DNA from: Pirellula staleyi DSM 6068
GTDB lineage: Bacteria > Planctomycetota > Planctomycetia > Pirellulales > Pirellulaceae
DNA length: 32,000 bases
Assembly (NCBI GenBank): GCA_000025185.1
Contig: CP001848.1
Coordinates: 540,001-572,000 of the forward strand
Direction of reading: 5' to 3'
The notes under the pieces were generated by a model that worked only from the letters and a program-made list of their open reading frames with translations, did no database searches and was not told where the DNA came from. The position numbers were made by a program, and so were the translations under genes. Below, one piece after another: positions 13,733-21,931 of the stretch (its first letter is position 1; every line of letters starts with the position of its first letter).

Positions 13733-15226
13733 ATGGCACGCATTGCAGCAGAAGAACGCCAACTCTCCTACCACGAAAAGGGCCGCTGCTGGCGAAAGTT
13801 CTATCGTGGGAAGATGCACTACCTCGACCCGCGAGGAATCAGCAAAAGCGACGATGCCAGCTATCGGCAAGCCCTACGAAATTGGGAGCAAAAAAAGTTA
13901 GCAATCGACCTAGAGGAAGCGAGCCAGAACGCACCCTCGACCATTACGGCCCTGAGGCTCGCTGAAACCATCAAGCGACTTCCTACCCCCGACCTCGAAA
14001 GCCTAGGACTCGACCCGAGCACCATTGCTGCCTTGAACGTAGAAGCAGCCATGAGGGGACAGCCCGAGGGCTCACTAAATTTCGGCCCCCGACAAACCAC
14101 AATCGCCGGACTTGTCGACGCTTACATTTCGGCAAAACGGGCTCTAGCCAATGCAGGGGCAATCTCGCGGCAGATGCTTATTGAATACGAACACAACGCA
14201 CGTTTTTTCGGGGAGTGGGCAACGCAAACCGGAACCATTCATACCGACAGCATTGATTCGGGATGCCTTGAGCGATACCGCCAATTCATCCTCAGGCTAA
14301 AAAATCCCGCGTTTGCCAAACGAGCAGAGACAGCACCACTGGGAAGACTAACGATACGCAAGAGACTTGCACGCCTCAAAAGCTTGATCGAATGGGCCTA
14401 CGAAACGGAACAACTCGCGATGCTCCCCCGCAACCTAAAGGGACTCGCGAAGCTCCGACTCGAAAACCACGAAGAGGCGGAGAAAACCGCAGACGAATTG
14501 TTCTGGACCGTCGAAGAGGTTCGGGAGCTATTCGCAGCAGCAACCCAGCGAACGAAGCTCTACATTTTGCTGGCCGTGAACTGCGGTTACACCCAAACCG
14601 ACATCGCCACGCTTCGCCATGCCCACATCGACTGGCAAACGGGAGTTATCTCGCGGCCCCGACACAAGACAAAGGGAAAGCAAGTTCACAAGCTATGGCC
14701 CAGCACGCTGGAGCTACTCAAAGCCGAAGCCACGAAGCCAGACAAGAAACAGCAAAGCAGCGGGCTTGTTCTGCTGGGGGAAAACAGACTACCCCTGCTC
14801 TACCACTCTGACACGACCACATCAAAACAAGACACTATCCGACTCGCTTTCTCGGTACTCCTTAAGTCGCAAATCAAGAAGCGACTCAGGGAGTCCTCGC
14901 CCGAACTGTTCAAACTGGCCAAAAGAGCCAGCAGCACCATGAGCAAGGAACAACTGAACGAAATCAAGCGAGAGCAGAAAAGGCGGGCCGATCAAATAGA
15001 TGCAGCAATCAAGGAAGCACTAGCAAACGAGTCTCGCACGTTCAAAAGCTTCAGGAAGACCAGTGCAAACCTAATAGAGAGGCAATTCGGCGATGGAAGC
15101 AAACTTGCCGATCAGTTTCTAGGGCACACCCAAAAGGCAACGAAGCGATTCTATGTCGACTCTCACTATGAAAGCCTGTTCACAGCTATTGACTGGCTAG
15201 GAGAGCAATACGGGCTTGCTGAGTGA
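13733..15226 (+). CDS. Tyrosine-type site-specific integrase
   Basis: 497 aa. The C-terminus FRKTSANLIERQ...ADQFLGHTQKATKRFYVDSHY carries the R...HxxxxxxxxY catalytic pattern. It lies next to the attL/tRNA junction. Confidence 0.85.
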   Translation: MARIAAEERQLSYHEKGRCWRKFYRGKMHYLDPRGISKSDDASYRQALRNWEQKKLAIDLEEASQNAPSTITALRLAETIKRLPTPDLESLGLDPSTIAALNVEAAMRGQPEGSLNFGPRQTTIAGLVDAYISAKRALANAGAISRQMLIEYEHNARFFGEWATQTGTIHTDSIDSGCLERYRQFILRLKNPAFAKRAETAPLGRLTIRKRLARLKSLIEWAYETEQLAMLPRNLKGLAKLRLENHEEAEKTADELFWTVEEVRELFAAATQRTKLYILLAVNCGYTQTDIATLRHAHIDWQTGVISRPRHKTKGKQVHKLWPSTLELLKAEATKPDKKQQSSGLVLLGENRLPLLYHSDTTTSKQDTIRLAFSVLLKSQIKKRLRESSPELFKLAKRASSTMSKEQLNEIKREQKRRADQIDAAIKEALANESRTFKSFRKTSANLIERQFGDGSKLADQFLGHTQKATKRFYVDSHYESLFTAIDWLGEQYGLAE

Positions 15227-15340
15227 ATTACTCGCCCGCCCCCCTCTCAATACTTTGCCACACTCGGCAGATATAACAAGGCGGGCCGACCCTCTCACTG
15301 AATAATCTGCCGTACTAAGCACATTTAAATTATACATTAG

Positions 15341-15360
15341 TCCACTCAAGTGGAGTTTTT
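15341..15360 (+). terminator. Weak terminator-like hairpin downstream of the integrase
   Basis: TCCAC-TCAA-GTGGA followed by GTTTTT. The stem is only 5 bp. Confidence 0.3.
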
Positions 15361-15439
15361 GAAAAAGTCAGGCCGACGATTGAACTTATAGGGATAGAGA
15401 GAAGCTAGAGGGAGAAGCACACACTGCCTAGCAAGTGGA

Positions 15440-16048
15440 TTATTCTGCCACGATGGACCCGTACACCTCCCTAGGGTGTTTTGGGACAGTCTCACCGCTA
15501 CAAATTCGCTCGACCGATGTTTTTGATACTCCAGTCATTTTTGCAATGTCGCGATAGCTCATTCCAGACAATTGCCGCAACTGTATGATTCTCTGGACTG
15601 GGTATTCTTCAGGGGGCCTGCCTCCCTTGCGGTCAGGGAATAGCTGATTGAACGCAAGCTTTCTCAGGCTGGGAAGTTCATCAGATGAAACCAATGGCAG
15701 GACCGAAACGAAATCCACAGGATACGCCTCTAGCTTGTGCGGATCGTGACAGAGACGCTCCCAATCGTGGGCGAGCACAGGCAAAGATCGAAACTCAGCA
15801 AACTCTATCGCCTCTCGCAGCTTCTTGCATACGCTCCTGCCATCTAAACCGGGTGCTCGAAATACCGCCGAACAATTAACGCCAAAAGCCAAGAGCGCCT
15901 TTTGCATTCCCAGTAGCTGATAGTCTCCCTCACGCTGCCGACCGCTCTGCTGAGGAGAAGTTCTAACGAACATTACTGCCTCAGACTCCCAGGGGTATGT
16001 TGAGGCGAGAAATATATTGCTTGACGATATACTATTGTCTGATAACAT
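15440..16048 (-). CDS. Divergent (possibly inactive) serine-recombinase/resolvase-like protein with a C-terminal HTH
   Basis: FVRTSPQQ aligns with the YxRVSTxxQ catalytic-Ser motif. GLDGRSVCKKLREAIEF...VLAHDWERLCH aligns with G..DRP.f..L......vvv..LDRLSR. The C-terminal RKGGRP...IIQLRQLSGMSYRDIAKMTGVSKTSVERI is a resolvase-type HTH. The start is uncertain: GTG 16099 in the track, ATG 16048 or ATG 15973. Confidence 0.6.
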   Translation of the reverse strand: MLSDNSISSSNIFLASTYPWESEAVMFVRTSPQQSGRQREGDYQLLGMQKALLAFGVNCSAVFRAPGLDGRSVCKKLREAIEFAEFRSLPVLAHDWERLCHDPHKLEAYPVDFVSVLPLVSSDELPSLRKLAFNQLFPDRKGGRPPEEYPVQRIIQLRQLSGMSYRDIAKMTGVSKTSVERICSGETVPKHPREVYGSIVAE

Positions 16049-16093
16049 AAATGCACCAATCGGTTGAGTTCTAACGCGGACCACCGAACCTTG

Positions 16094-16135
16094 CCCCACA
16101 AGCTGTTTGCAGCAACTTGTGGGGCTTTTCTTTTT
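16094..16135 (+). terminator. Hairpin plus T-tract (terminator-like on the + strand) between two minus-strand genes
   Basis: CCCCACAAG (16094-16102) / CTTGTGGGG (16116-16124), followed by CTTTTCTTTTT. On the minus strand there is no U-tract. Confidence 0.4.
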
Positions 16136-16382
16136 AAGACTGCGGAGAAGCTACGGCCCCGCTTTCGATACCCCGACTTAATACCCTGTAAATCATTGGT
16201 TGCGTGTAGGGCTTGCCGTCGAAATTGACTTTCCCCATTGAATTCAAGAGCCCTGCTTGCTCGACCTGGGGAATTCCTTGTTCAGTCCACTCTCGCAAAA
16301 GCGGCAAAACATCTTGATAGTATTCGATTGCCTGTTGGGTACGCCGAAGCCCTGCAAGTTTGCGACGACTGATTGCTTCCAT
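16134..16382 (-). CDS. Small DNA-binding-like protein
   Basis: 82 aa. LLNSMGKVNFDGKPYTQPMIYRVLSRG resembles the LN..G..t..G..W....v..IL motif that I recall from the recombinase domains of serine recombinases. A sigma70-like promoter lies upstream. Confidence 0.55.
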   Translation of the reverse strand: MEAISRRKLAGLRRTQQAIEYYQDVLPLLREWTEQGIPQVEQAGLLNSMGKVNFDGKPYTQPMIYRVLSRGIESGAVASPQS

Positions 16383-16440
16383 TAGAAGACCTCACATTAA
16401 AGAGAGTGGCGACAGCGGGTCGCAAGAAGGTTAATTCATC

Positions 16441-16468
16441 AATATAACATGACTTAAATAGTCGTCAA
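16441..16468 (-). promoter_or_regulatory. Sigma70-like promoter for the 16382<-16134 / resolvase-like gene pair
   Basis: On the minus strand: TTGACG (16463-16468), 16 nt spacer, TATATT (16441-16446). Confidence 0.55.
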
Positions 16469-16519
16469 CGCAATTATTGCAACAAATATAATGTTTTCTC
16501 TCTCAATAGTGCATCTCAG

Positions 16520-16528
16520 TGTTATAAT
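16520..16528 (+). promoter_or_regulatory. Extended -10 element (TGTTATAAT) for the plus-strand cargo module
   Basis: TGT-TATAAT at 16520-16528 in an AT-rich divergent intergenic region. AGGAG at 16550-16554 lies 9 nt before the ATG at 16564. Confidence 0.5.
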
Positions 16529-16563
16529 ACTAAGATATTTAACACTCACAGGAGACCCACATA

Positions 16564-17115
16564 ATGACAGAGCAGCTACTAACAACAGAGGCAACGCAAC
16601 TACCAATTGAAAGCCCTCAGGCGGAAGGCTTGACAGCAGAGGCTTCGAGTCTACCCAAGCAGTACAGCGAAGCGTATCGAATGAAGTTGGCGGGGTGTTC
16701 GATGCAAGAAATCGCCGACAGCTTCAGCGTAGACAGAACGACAATCTGGCGATGGTGCCAGAAAGTAGAAGCAGAAGCTCAGGCACAGATTGCAAACGAG
16801 CCTGTTTTCAATATCATCGTGCGAGAACTGGCAAGACTGACCGACCTAGAGGAACAAGCTCGCACCGCAGCTGAAAACGCTAAGTCAGATCGTGCGAAAG
16901 CAATGTATATCAGCGAAGCAAGGCGGGCCGCTGTTTCTCGGCAGTCCCTGCTGCTCTCGACTGGCATCATTCCGAAAGTGCCCGACCAGATTTTCAGAGT
17001 CACAGCTACAATGAAACCCAGCGACCAGCAAGAACAGCCAGTCGAGCGACTGAACCGCGAAGAGGCAATCGCACAGATCATCAGCAGGATGCAGCATTCC
17101 CAGTTCGTTACGTGA
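16564..17115 (+). CDS. HTH-domain protein with a coiled-coil C-terminal half
   Basis: 183 aa. YRMKLAGCSMQEIADSFSVDRTTIWRWCQKV is a clear helix-turn-helix, and the rest is helical. The organisation recalls small terminase or regulator proteins, but this is not resolved. Confidence 0.7.
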   Translation: MTEQLLTTEATQLPIESPQAEGLTAEASSLPKQYSEAYRMKLAGCSMQEIADSFSVDRTTIWRWCQKVEAEAQAQIANEPVFNIIVRELARLTDLEEQARTAAENAKSDRAKAMYISEARRAAVSRQSLLLSTGIIPKVPDQIFRVTATMKPSDQQEQPVERLNREEAIAQIISRMQHSQFVT

Positions 17116-17213
17116 GTGCAATCGATTGGAGAAAGTCAGATTGCGAGAGTACTGCACTTGGCAATTGCATTCCCCCCTATCACTACTACAATTAGTGACT
17201 ACGGGACATTCCT

Positions 17214-18473
17214 ATGCAGCGATCGAAGCAGCTTGAGTTTTTCAACATGAGTAACGACGAAACGCGAGAAGAGAGCGAAGCAGAGTCGCCCCCCTCAATC
17301 ACTCCTCAGAAAAAAGAGGGAGCGAAGAAACCTTCTCCAAAAAAGAAATCCAGCGGCAAAAAGATCGAGGCTCCACCGGAAGTGAAGCCAAAGGAAAAGG
17401 CAGCCAAGTCACCCAAGAAGAAGGGCAAGGCTACTGCTCCATTTTATTGGACGTTCCCTAAAAACTCGCTTGAAGACGCACTTCTTGTTGCGAGGGCCAT
17501 TGAGGACAAGCACGCTGGCAATCCGATGCGGGCTGCGGACTTAGCTAAGGCAGTAGGCTACAATCTCCCATCCGACTGGCGATACCTGGACCTACTGAAA
17601 TCTGCCAACCAATATGGATTGGTGTCTGGCACCGGGCAACACGCCACCGTTTCATTGACCGAGATCGGACAAGATGTAGTTGCCCCTAGCTCGCCCCAGC
17701 AGCGACAACAGGCACTACTGAAGGCATTTCGCAACGTCGACGAATTTCGTCGAGTCGAAGACTTCTACAATGGGAAGAAGATTCCAGAGGATGAGTTTTT
17801 TGAGAACACGCTGGTTCGAGAGTTCTCGATCCCACGCGAGCGAATCAAGCCATTCATAAACGTATTCACCTCGAACCTCCGCTTCCTTAACTTGTTCAAT
17901 CCCCGTAGATCGGAGCAAGTCGAACCAACCTCGGTGACCTACCCGCCGACTACGCCACAGCCCTCAGACACGGAATCGAATGCGGAATCGACACGGGTTC
18001 GAGAGTTCCTAGACACCTGTTTCATGATGATGCCTTTCGGCACTTGGTTCGACAAGTATTACAAAGAAATCTTTGCACCCGCAATAAAGGACGCTGGATT
18101 TGAGCCAATTCGGGGCGACGAAATCTTTACAACGGGGACCGTCGTTGAGCAAATATGGGAGCAAGTACAGAAATCGACTGTTTTGCTTGCAGACCTCAGC
18201 GATAGAAACGCTAATGTGTATTATGAACTTGGGCTCGCTCACGCGGCTTCTAAGCCTGTAGTTCTTACCGCATCCAAAATCGAGGATGTGCCATTTGACC
18301 TACGACACCTTCGAGTAATTGTTTACGACGTTCGAGAGCCTGAATGGTCTGTAATGCTCCGCAAGAGCGTTACAGAGTACCTCAAAAACGCAAAGGCGGA
18401 CCCTGCAAGAAGCATACCGCAGCCTTTTCGCAATTCAACGCAGCTACTTGGCAAACAACCCCTCACACCTTAA
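17214..18473 (+). CDS. Three-part protein: Lys/Pro/Ala-rich basic tail, winged-helix-like middle, C-terminal nucleoside 2-deoxyribosyltransferase/TIR-like domain
   Basis: 419 aa. Residues about 30-75 read KKPSPKKKSSGKKIEAPPEVKPKEKAAKSPKKKGK. The C-terminus CFMMMPFG...VLLADLSDRNANVYYELGLAHAASKPVVL...PFDLRHLRVIVYD matches, from memory, the PF05014/PF15891-type fold motif (xPF...D...N.yyElG.A.a.gKPv). Confidence 0.7.
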   Translation: MQRSKQLEFFNMSNDETREESEAESPPSITPQKKEGAKKPSPKKKSSGKKIEAPPEVKPKEKAAKSPKKKGKATAPFYWTFPKNSLEDALLVARAIEDKHAGNPMRAADLAKAVGYNLPSDWRYLDLLKSANQYGLVSGTGQHATVSLTEIGQDVVAPSSPQQRQQALLKAFRNVDEFRRVEDFYNGKKIPEDEFFENTLVREFSIPRERIKPFINVFTSNLRFLNLFNPRRSEQVEPTSVTYPPTTPQPSDTESNAESTRVREFLDTCFMMMPFGTWFDKYYKEIFAPAIKDAGFEPIRGDEIFTTGTVVEQIWEQVQKSTVLLADLSDRNANVYYELGLAHAASKPVVLTASKIEDVPFDLRHLRVIVYDVREPEWSVMLRKSVTEYLKNAKADPARSIPQPFRNSTQLLGKQPLTP

Positions 18474-18492
18474 GACTAGAAGACTTTTTTCC

Positions 18493-18753
18493 ATGAGAAG
18501 CAATAGCGATTATGGGCTAGAGCGTTTTGTTCGAGCCGCCCACAAGATGCTTAACGACCCTGCACGTTATGGCGTGAATATACTGGATGTTTACCTCTCA
18601 GTGTGGAGCAATGAGGCAGCAATTGAATCGTCACAAAATATTGCTAGGCAAGCCGCTGAAAGGGGATACATTGTTATCAAGAAGAACAGTCAAATGATTG
18701 ATAGCGTAACGCCTAGCGGGCTGGAATTCATTGGCATCACAAATGCGGGTTAA
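18493..18753 (+). CDS. Small hypothetical protein, downstream partner of the 419 aa protein
   Basis: Track ORF 18448..18753 trimmed to the ATG at 18493 (MRSNSDYGLERF...), 19 nt after the upstream stop. The C-terminus GYIVIKKNSQMIDSVTPSGLEFI looks like a winged-helix wing. Confidence 0.55.
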   Translation: MRSNSDYGLERFVRAAHKMLNDPARYGVNILDVYLSVWSNEAAIESSQNIARQAAERGYIVIKKNSQMIDSVTPSGLEFIGITNAG

Positions 18754-18830
18754 ACCGACGAAGCCTGAAATCTGGCACCGCCCTCTGTCTGTTCGAAACC
18801 TACTTTTCTGCTATTCCTAGAACTTTTTAC

Positions 18831-19415
18831 TTACACCGCTGCTAGATACCGAATGACGGTGCGGCGGGAGACTCCTAGAGCAGTAGCAATCTCTGTGTGA
18901 TTCAAGCCCCGACCTAGTAGCTTCTTTGCTCTGTCGGGTGTGCTTTTGGTAGTTCCTGACTTTCGGCCCCGATACAGTCCAGCCTCTTTAGCTGCTTCGA
19001 TGCCCGCCTTTTGGCGTTCTCTACGGGTTTCCTGCTCCATCTCTGCTACTCCCAGCAGTACCGCAGCGAGCATTTTCCCCACAGTGCCGCTAAAGTCGAT
19101 TTGCTGAGTCACAGAGACGACCCGCAAGCCTTTCTCGCACCAATCGCATAGAACGTTGATTCCGTCGCGTAGCTTGCGAGAGAGCCTATCTAATCGCCAG
19201 ACGACCACAGCACCAACTTCGCCCCCGAAGATAGCTTGCTGAAGCTCGGTAAAGGCGGGGCGGTCGAGTGTGTCGCCTGTTTCCTTGTCTACATACCATC
19301 GAACAGAATCAGGGGGCACCCCATTACCGATCAACCACTTTCGCACCTCCCGCCTCTGTCCTGCTTCGTTCTGACCAATCGTTGAAACTCTGATGTAAAT
19401 TGCTGTTGCTTTCAT
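18831..19415 (-). CDS. Serine recombinase (resolvase/invertase family)
   Basis: MKATAIYIRVSTIGQ (catalytic Ser motif), VVVWRLDRLSR, E-helix MEQETRRERQKAGIEAAK, C-terminal HTH GLNHTEIATALGVSRRTVIRYL. The ATG at 19413-19415 is preferred over the TTG at 19427. Confidence 0.9.
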   Translation of the reverse strand: MKATAIYIRVSTIGQNEAGQRREVRKWLIGNGVPPDSVRWYVDKETGDTLDRPAFTELQQAIFGGEVGAVVVWRLDRLSRKLRDGINVLCDWCEKGLRVVSVTQQIDFSGTVGKMLAAVLLGVAEMEQETRRERQKAGIEAAKEAGLYRGRKSGTTKSTPDRAKKLLGRGLNHTEIATALGVSRRTVIRYLAAV

Positions 19416-19711
19416 CGTAGGCACCAAACTAGAGAAAGGTTTCGAAGTGTGCGTTTAGAGTATACGCTTTCTGTCTCAGTTTCAGCAAATCGAAAGCACT
19501 CTGTTTCCAAGCTGTTTTCAAGTCTGAGTCACAGAGAATCGCCCGACACCCTAATTGTCACAGCTGAAAGCTCGATTGCTCGATTCGACCCGACTTCCGA
19601 CACTTTGCCACTACCCTGGCAATTGCCATCCAACAAGTGCACAATTCCACACGATTGGAGTCGGGCCGAATTGGGGACAGAACACCCAAGAGAAGAGAGA
19701 TATAGGGAGCA

Positions 19712-19747
19712 AGTCGGCAGGAAAGCCTGTGTTCCTTCCTGCCGACT
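19712..19747. other. Perfect 12 bp-stem hairpin in a 630 bp ORF-poor region
   Basis: AGTCGGCAGGAA (19712-19723) - 12 nt loop - TTCCTGCCGACT (19736-19747). No U-tract follows on the + strand; a pyrimidine-rich tract follows on the minus strand. Confidence 0.5.
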
Positions 19748-20060
19748 CGCTACAACCTACACACCACAAGCCATGCTGTTTCCTACGTGTGGGGAGAACG
19801 CATTCCACACGTCGCATCGCTCGCAGCTAATCGACCCGCCCTCAAGAACCAGAATTGAAGGCGGGCCGATGTACTCAATTGATCCTAAGCACCTTGATAG
19901 TTACCATTCGAAACCACAGGGACAGGACCGGAAAACAAACTGTCAAGGAAAATCGAAAGTCAAGGCTTGTCCGGTTTTGATTCCTAGTCGACCAACACCC
20001 TTAACGTATATTTCGTGCGTTTTTTGATTTCCGCCAATTCGTAAAACATGGATACTCCAA

Positions 20061-20681
20061 ATGGATGCCCCGAACACCACCGACTGGATACAGGCAATAG
20101 CGACCATAGTGATTCCGATCGTAAGTGTTGTACTGGCTCAACGAGTGACGACCGAGCACTATCGAGCAATTGCGACAATGGATTTGCTTCGGAACATCGT
20201 TCTGCACTGCCAGCAGCTAAAGCATGAAATGCTTGACATGTTTCAAGCTAAATGTGCCTGCAAAAAGATCCGAGGGCTTAATGAACAAAACAACAACTCC
20301 AAGAAAAGGATAATACAGGGAATTAAAAATGGAGAGGCAAGCTTAAATGCACATCTAGAACAGGCCCATGAACATGAAAAGAGCATTTTAATGCACATCC
20401 AAATACAAGATGAAATTTTTGCCTCTTCATTCAAGAGAGGTAGACAAATTGAAGCTCAAATTGACACTGACATACTTACACTAGGATTTCTCCTGCAAAC
20501 CAAGGGAAGCAAATGTGGAGAAGCATTGAGGAAGTACCTTAGATTCTTCATAAGCTACACCTACACGACCGCTTGCCAAGAAGATTTCAATGATTTTCAG
20601 CAAGAGATTCACAATAGGATATGTGCGGTGGTCGACGAGGTGACGAAGCTGCAGAAAGCCTCGATTCAGGATGATTCTTAA
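20061..20681 (+). CDS. Single-pass membrane, all-helical hypothetical protein in a visibly AT-rich segment
   Basis: 206 aa. An N-terminal TM (WIQAIATIVIPIVSVVLA) is followed by Lys/Glu/Gln-rich helices. Codon and base composition differ clearly from the flanks. Confidence 0.6.
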   Translation: MDAPNTTDWIQAIATIVIPIVSVVLAQRVTTEHYRAIATMDLLRNIVLHCQQLKHEMLDMFQAKCACKKIRGLNEQNNNSKKRIIQGIKNGEASLNAHLEQAHEHEKSILMHIQIQDEIFASSFKRGRQIEAQIDTDILTLGFLLQTKGSKCGEALRKYLRFFISYTYTTACQEDFNDFQQEIHNRICAVVDEVTKLQKASIQDDS

Positions 20682-20686
20682 GTCGT

Positions 20687-21139
20687 TTATCGCTCTCGCT
20701 GCCGTAGTCGTTTCTCGAAAGACTCAATATCGTATTCAAGCTGACTTTTGACGATGTTCTTGAGTTTTGGTTGCTCAAGTCGCCCGCGTTCATTTGCTCG
20801 GTAGTCTTCCAGAAACTCGCGGCCCTCGACCTCGGGTACGCTTTGCAAGAGCGAGCCAGGCGAATTCGCCGCAGCATGCTCGGGTGCGGTGAATTCGTCG
20901 ACTACCTTGCTGGCAATGCTCCAGCCAGTGCCGTAGTTTTTTTTCATTCGAGCGTGTAAACGTTGCTCGGCTTGTTCTCGCGTTTCGGCATACACCCAAA
21001 CGAATTGCTCAGGCTTGCAGCGAAACCGAAAGAAGCTTTTGACTGAACTCGGGAGCAATGCCCGAAGCTCTGAGAGCCGACTTTCAAGCTGGGAGATTTC
21101 TCGGAGAATTTCGGTACGGTTGATAGATGCGGTTTGCAT
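20687..21139 (-). CDS. Hypothetical protein (last gene of the seven-gene operon)
   Basis: 150 aa with an ATG at 21137-21139. It converges on the 20061..20681 gene with a 5 nt gap. Confidence 0.55.
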   Translation of the reverse strand: MQTASINRTEILREISQLESRLSELRALLPSSVKSFFRFRCKPEQFVWVYAETREQAEQRLHARMKKNYGTGWSIASKVVDEFTAPEHAAANSPGSLLQSVPEVEGREFLEDYRANERGRLEQPKLKNIVKSQLEYDIESFEKRLRQRER

Positions 21140-21317
21140 TTCTGCGATTCCTTAAATACGACTGGCAACTTAGAACTTTGTAGGACGTGTATTCGGCCCC
21201 GCAATTTCCCATGTACTCATGGAAGTGCGACAAGGCTTCGCTCCGCGATTCTGCCTCTGTTTCAAACTGGCAAGTTTCCTTGCTTCCTGTCATGCAGTAG
21301 TGAACGCGGTAGGGCAT
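21084..21317 (-). CDS. Small hypothetical protein
   Basis: 77 aa, MPYRVHYCMTGSKETCQFETEAESRSEALSHFHEYM... Its 3' end overlaps the next ORF by 56 nt, so one of the two boundaries is probably wrong. Confidence 0.45.
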   Translation of the reverse strand: MPYRVHYCMTGSKETCQFETEAESRSEALSHFHEYMGNCGAEYTSYKVLSCQSYLRNRRNANRIYQPYRNSPRNLPA

Positions 21318-21320
21318 GGC

Positions 21321-21662
21321 TTATTCATCAATCCACGGGACTATCGAAGTATCATCGAGCAGTACGACGGTTCTTTCTTCCCCATCGCTGAACACCACTC
21401 GAACCACCGAACCGGCAAGCCATCGATTCGAGTCGTCGGGGTCGAGAGCAAGGGCGGTAATGCTTGGGTTCTCGGGGTCGACGTTCAAACGAATTCGGTC
21501 GATAGCAGGCTGTGAAGCTTTGGGCGGTCTGCCGGTTCTCCCTTTTCCTTTCGTTTCGTTGTCTCGCATCCCGGTTCTAGCCATCAACTCGCTACCAGCT
21601 GGAACCGCTGACTTGGCAAGTTCGAAGTGAAACAGGGAATCGAAAACGTCGTTTTTGCTCAT
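21321..21662 (-). CDS. Hypothetical protein
   Basis: 113 aa. Its ATG overlaps the upstream stop (4 nt overlap). Confidence 0.55.
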   Translation of the reverse strand: MSKNDVFDSLFHFELAKSAVPAGSELMARTGMRDNETKGKGRTGRPPKASQPAIDRIRLNVDPENPSITALALDPDDSNRWLAGSVVRVVFSDGEERTVVLLDDTSIVPWIDE

Positions 21663-21931
21663 GGCAAAACCTCGCTTGGTGGTGTGGTCGATTCTGCTTG
21701 CCCCAAGTGCCGCGAGGGCTTGGGAGAGAAGTAGTAGGCGAGCAATTCAAGCACGGGCAAACTCGGCACCCCGCCACCACGTAAGCGGTGAAGGTTCGAA
21801 ACCGATATTCCGGTGTCGCTCGCGATTTCCCGAAGGTCACAAGTCTGCAAGTGCTCTCTGACTTTGAGCACCACAAATTGCAGGCAGAAAGCCAAGTCGG
21901 GCGAATCGGGGGTTATTGGGTTTGCAACCAT
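21659..21931 (-). CDS. XRE/Cro-like HTH protein
   Basis: 90 aa. LREIASDTGISVSNLHRLRGG is an HTH of the Cro/C1 type. Confidence 0.55.
   Translation of the reverse strand: MVANPITPDSPDLAFCLQFVVLKVREHLQTCDLREIASDTGISVSNLHRLRGGGVPSLPVLELLAYYFSPKPSRHLGQAESTTPPSEVLP

Noticed and set aside
19449-20027. Track ORF 19449..20027 (192 aa) and its overlapping ORFs 19555..19830 and 19611..19817.
   Set aside because: The composition is Ser/Pro/Thr/Cys/Arg-rich, there is no motif, and the ORF spans strong hairpins. I treated it as non-coding.
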